Positions 62,985-64,000 of a stretch of 64,000 nt of DNA are shown here, piece after piece (the first letter of the stretch is position 1; the number at the start of each line of letters is the position of its first letter). The position numbers and the translations under genes are program-made. The notes under the pieces are model-generated. The model ran no database searches. It worked only from the letters and a program-made list of their open reading frames with translations, and was not told where the DNA came from. Location: NCBI RefSeq assembly GCF_006345805.1, contig NC_043001.1, positions 25,606,001-25,670,000 of the forward strand, given 5' to 3'. The DNA comes from Octopus sinensis. Its lineage: Eukaryota.

Positions 62985-63025
62985 TCATCTGTCGCTATCA
63001 CTATAAGTCCTTTTCTTACCCGTTC
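62985..63025 (-). CDS. NCL: Second nucleolin-like paralogue, terminal coding exon (GTGKKRTYSDSDR*)
   Basis: tttaaag| acceptor; peptide nearly identical to GTGRKKTFSDSD* of the first gene; proximal 3' UTR also similar (tgagattta..agctgtg.cttcc). Confidence 0.88.
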
Positions 63026-63168
63026 CTTTAAAAAAAACAAAACATGAAACAAAAATAAAATTGTTTTGACAATATTGCAATTAGGAAATAAATACTCAAT
63101 TATCTATCTCAAACTTCAAACTAAAATGCAAAACGAAAAAAAAAAAAAAAAAAAAATGGTTTATATAC

Positions 63169-63534
63169 CAATACTGTTTCGTCCGCCACTATAACCTCTG
63201 TTTCGACCATAGCTGCTGCCGTAACCACCACCACCACTGCCGTAGCTTCCGCCGCCACCATAACCACCACCACCACCACCGTAGCCTCCACCGCTACTGT
63301 AGCCTCCACCACTACGTCTACTGCCATAGCCACCTCCGCCATAGCCACCACCACCACCACCGTAGCCACCACCACCACCATAGCCACCGCTACCATAACC
63401 ACCACTTCGGCCACCATAACCACCACTGCGACCTCCATAACCGCCGCCGCCGCCGCCACCACCACCGTAGCCACCGCCACCATAACCTCCACTGCGTCCA
63501 CCATAACCGCCACTGCGTCTTCCACCAGCATAAC
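63169..63534 (-). CDS. NCL: Second nucleolin-like paralogue, penultimate exon (Gly/Tyr-rich GAR-like tail, ~122 aa)
   Basis: Minus strand: ttgcag| acceptor, frame GYAGGRRSGGYGGRSGGYGGGGY..., |gtatat donor; phase 1-1 as in exon 13 of the first gene. Confidence 0.85.
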
Positions 63535-64000
63535 CTGCAAATAAAGTTAAAAATTCAGAAAACCATAGCTGTTGACTTTCATGAACAGGATTTCATCATA
63601 CTTATATTGGAACTAATAAAAACAAAAAATGAATTAGCCATCAACATTTCCCTGTGTAGACCCGACACCATAAATGACAACTTTATACTTAGACACCTAA
63701 ACTTATAAAGGTCTAATTATTTAAATATAATTTTAGTAATATGCAATATAGCCGAAAAGCTGCAGAAAAAATCCCGATAGACAATATTGCATTATACTGA
63801 ACACTTTGCCTATCACGTGTGTTACTGGTGATTCCCACAGTACAGAATTGATATAATATTTATTCTGTACTGCGGGAGTCACCAGTGACACTCCTGCTAT
63901 ACATCAATGTGGTAAGTTTATATAATGAACTGGAACATATACATATTACGGAGATGTACTTGCATAGCAAGTGATTTGATCTGAGATCGTGAGCTGGAAC

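Noticed and set aside
63121-63540. ORF-track protein MQVMLVEDAVAVMV... (and 52925-53158 VLVEGVEEVLVV...)
   Set aside because: Wrong reading frame of the Gly-rich nucleolin exons.

Overview
AT-rich, repeat-dense eukaryotic window. The repeat content (RTE retroposons ending in (GAT)n, tRNA-derived SINEs, long TA/CA microsatellites) points to a coleoid cephalopod, most likely Octopus (inference). Three protein-coding genes were reconstructed by hand from GT-AG splice sites with consistent phases. (1) A TK2/deoxynucleoside kinase gene on + (8 coding exons, 8851-32701; 5' end uncertain). (2) A complete 14-exon nucleolin-like gene on + (40164-53264: acidic N-terminus, 3 RRMs, RGG tail). (3) The last two exons of a second nucleolin paralogue on - (63534-62985), tail-to-tail with the first, with a much longer Gly/Tyr-rich tail. 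The rest is transposon debris (mariner, Tc1, MULE, hAT, piggyBac-like, Helitron-like, RTE, SINEs) plus an orphan 5S rRNA copy. The main hidden signal is a set of hammerhead-ribozyme (HHR) motifs in the TK2 introns, belonging to at least three, possibly four, unrelated non-coding Penelope-like/retrozyme-like families with inverted arms. One family has a tRNA-derived Pol III head and a 14-bp TSD; one intact-looking HHR lies in the sense orientation of the TK2 pre-mRNA. Candidate structured ncRNAs also sit in nucleolin introns. No database searches or folding programs were run; all structures were paired by eye.
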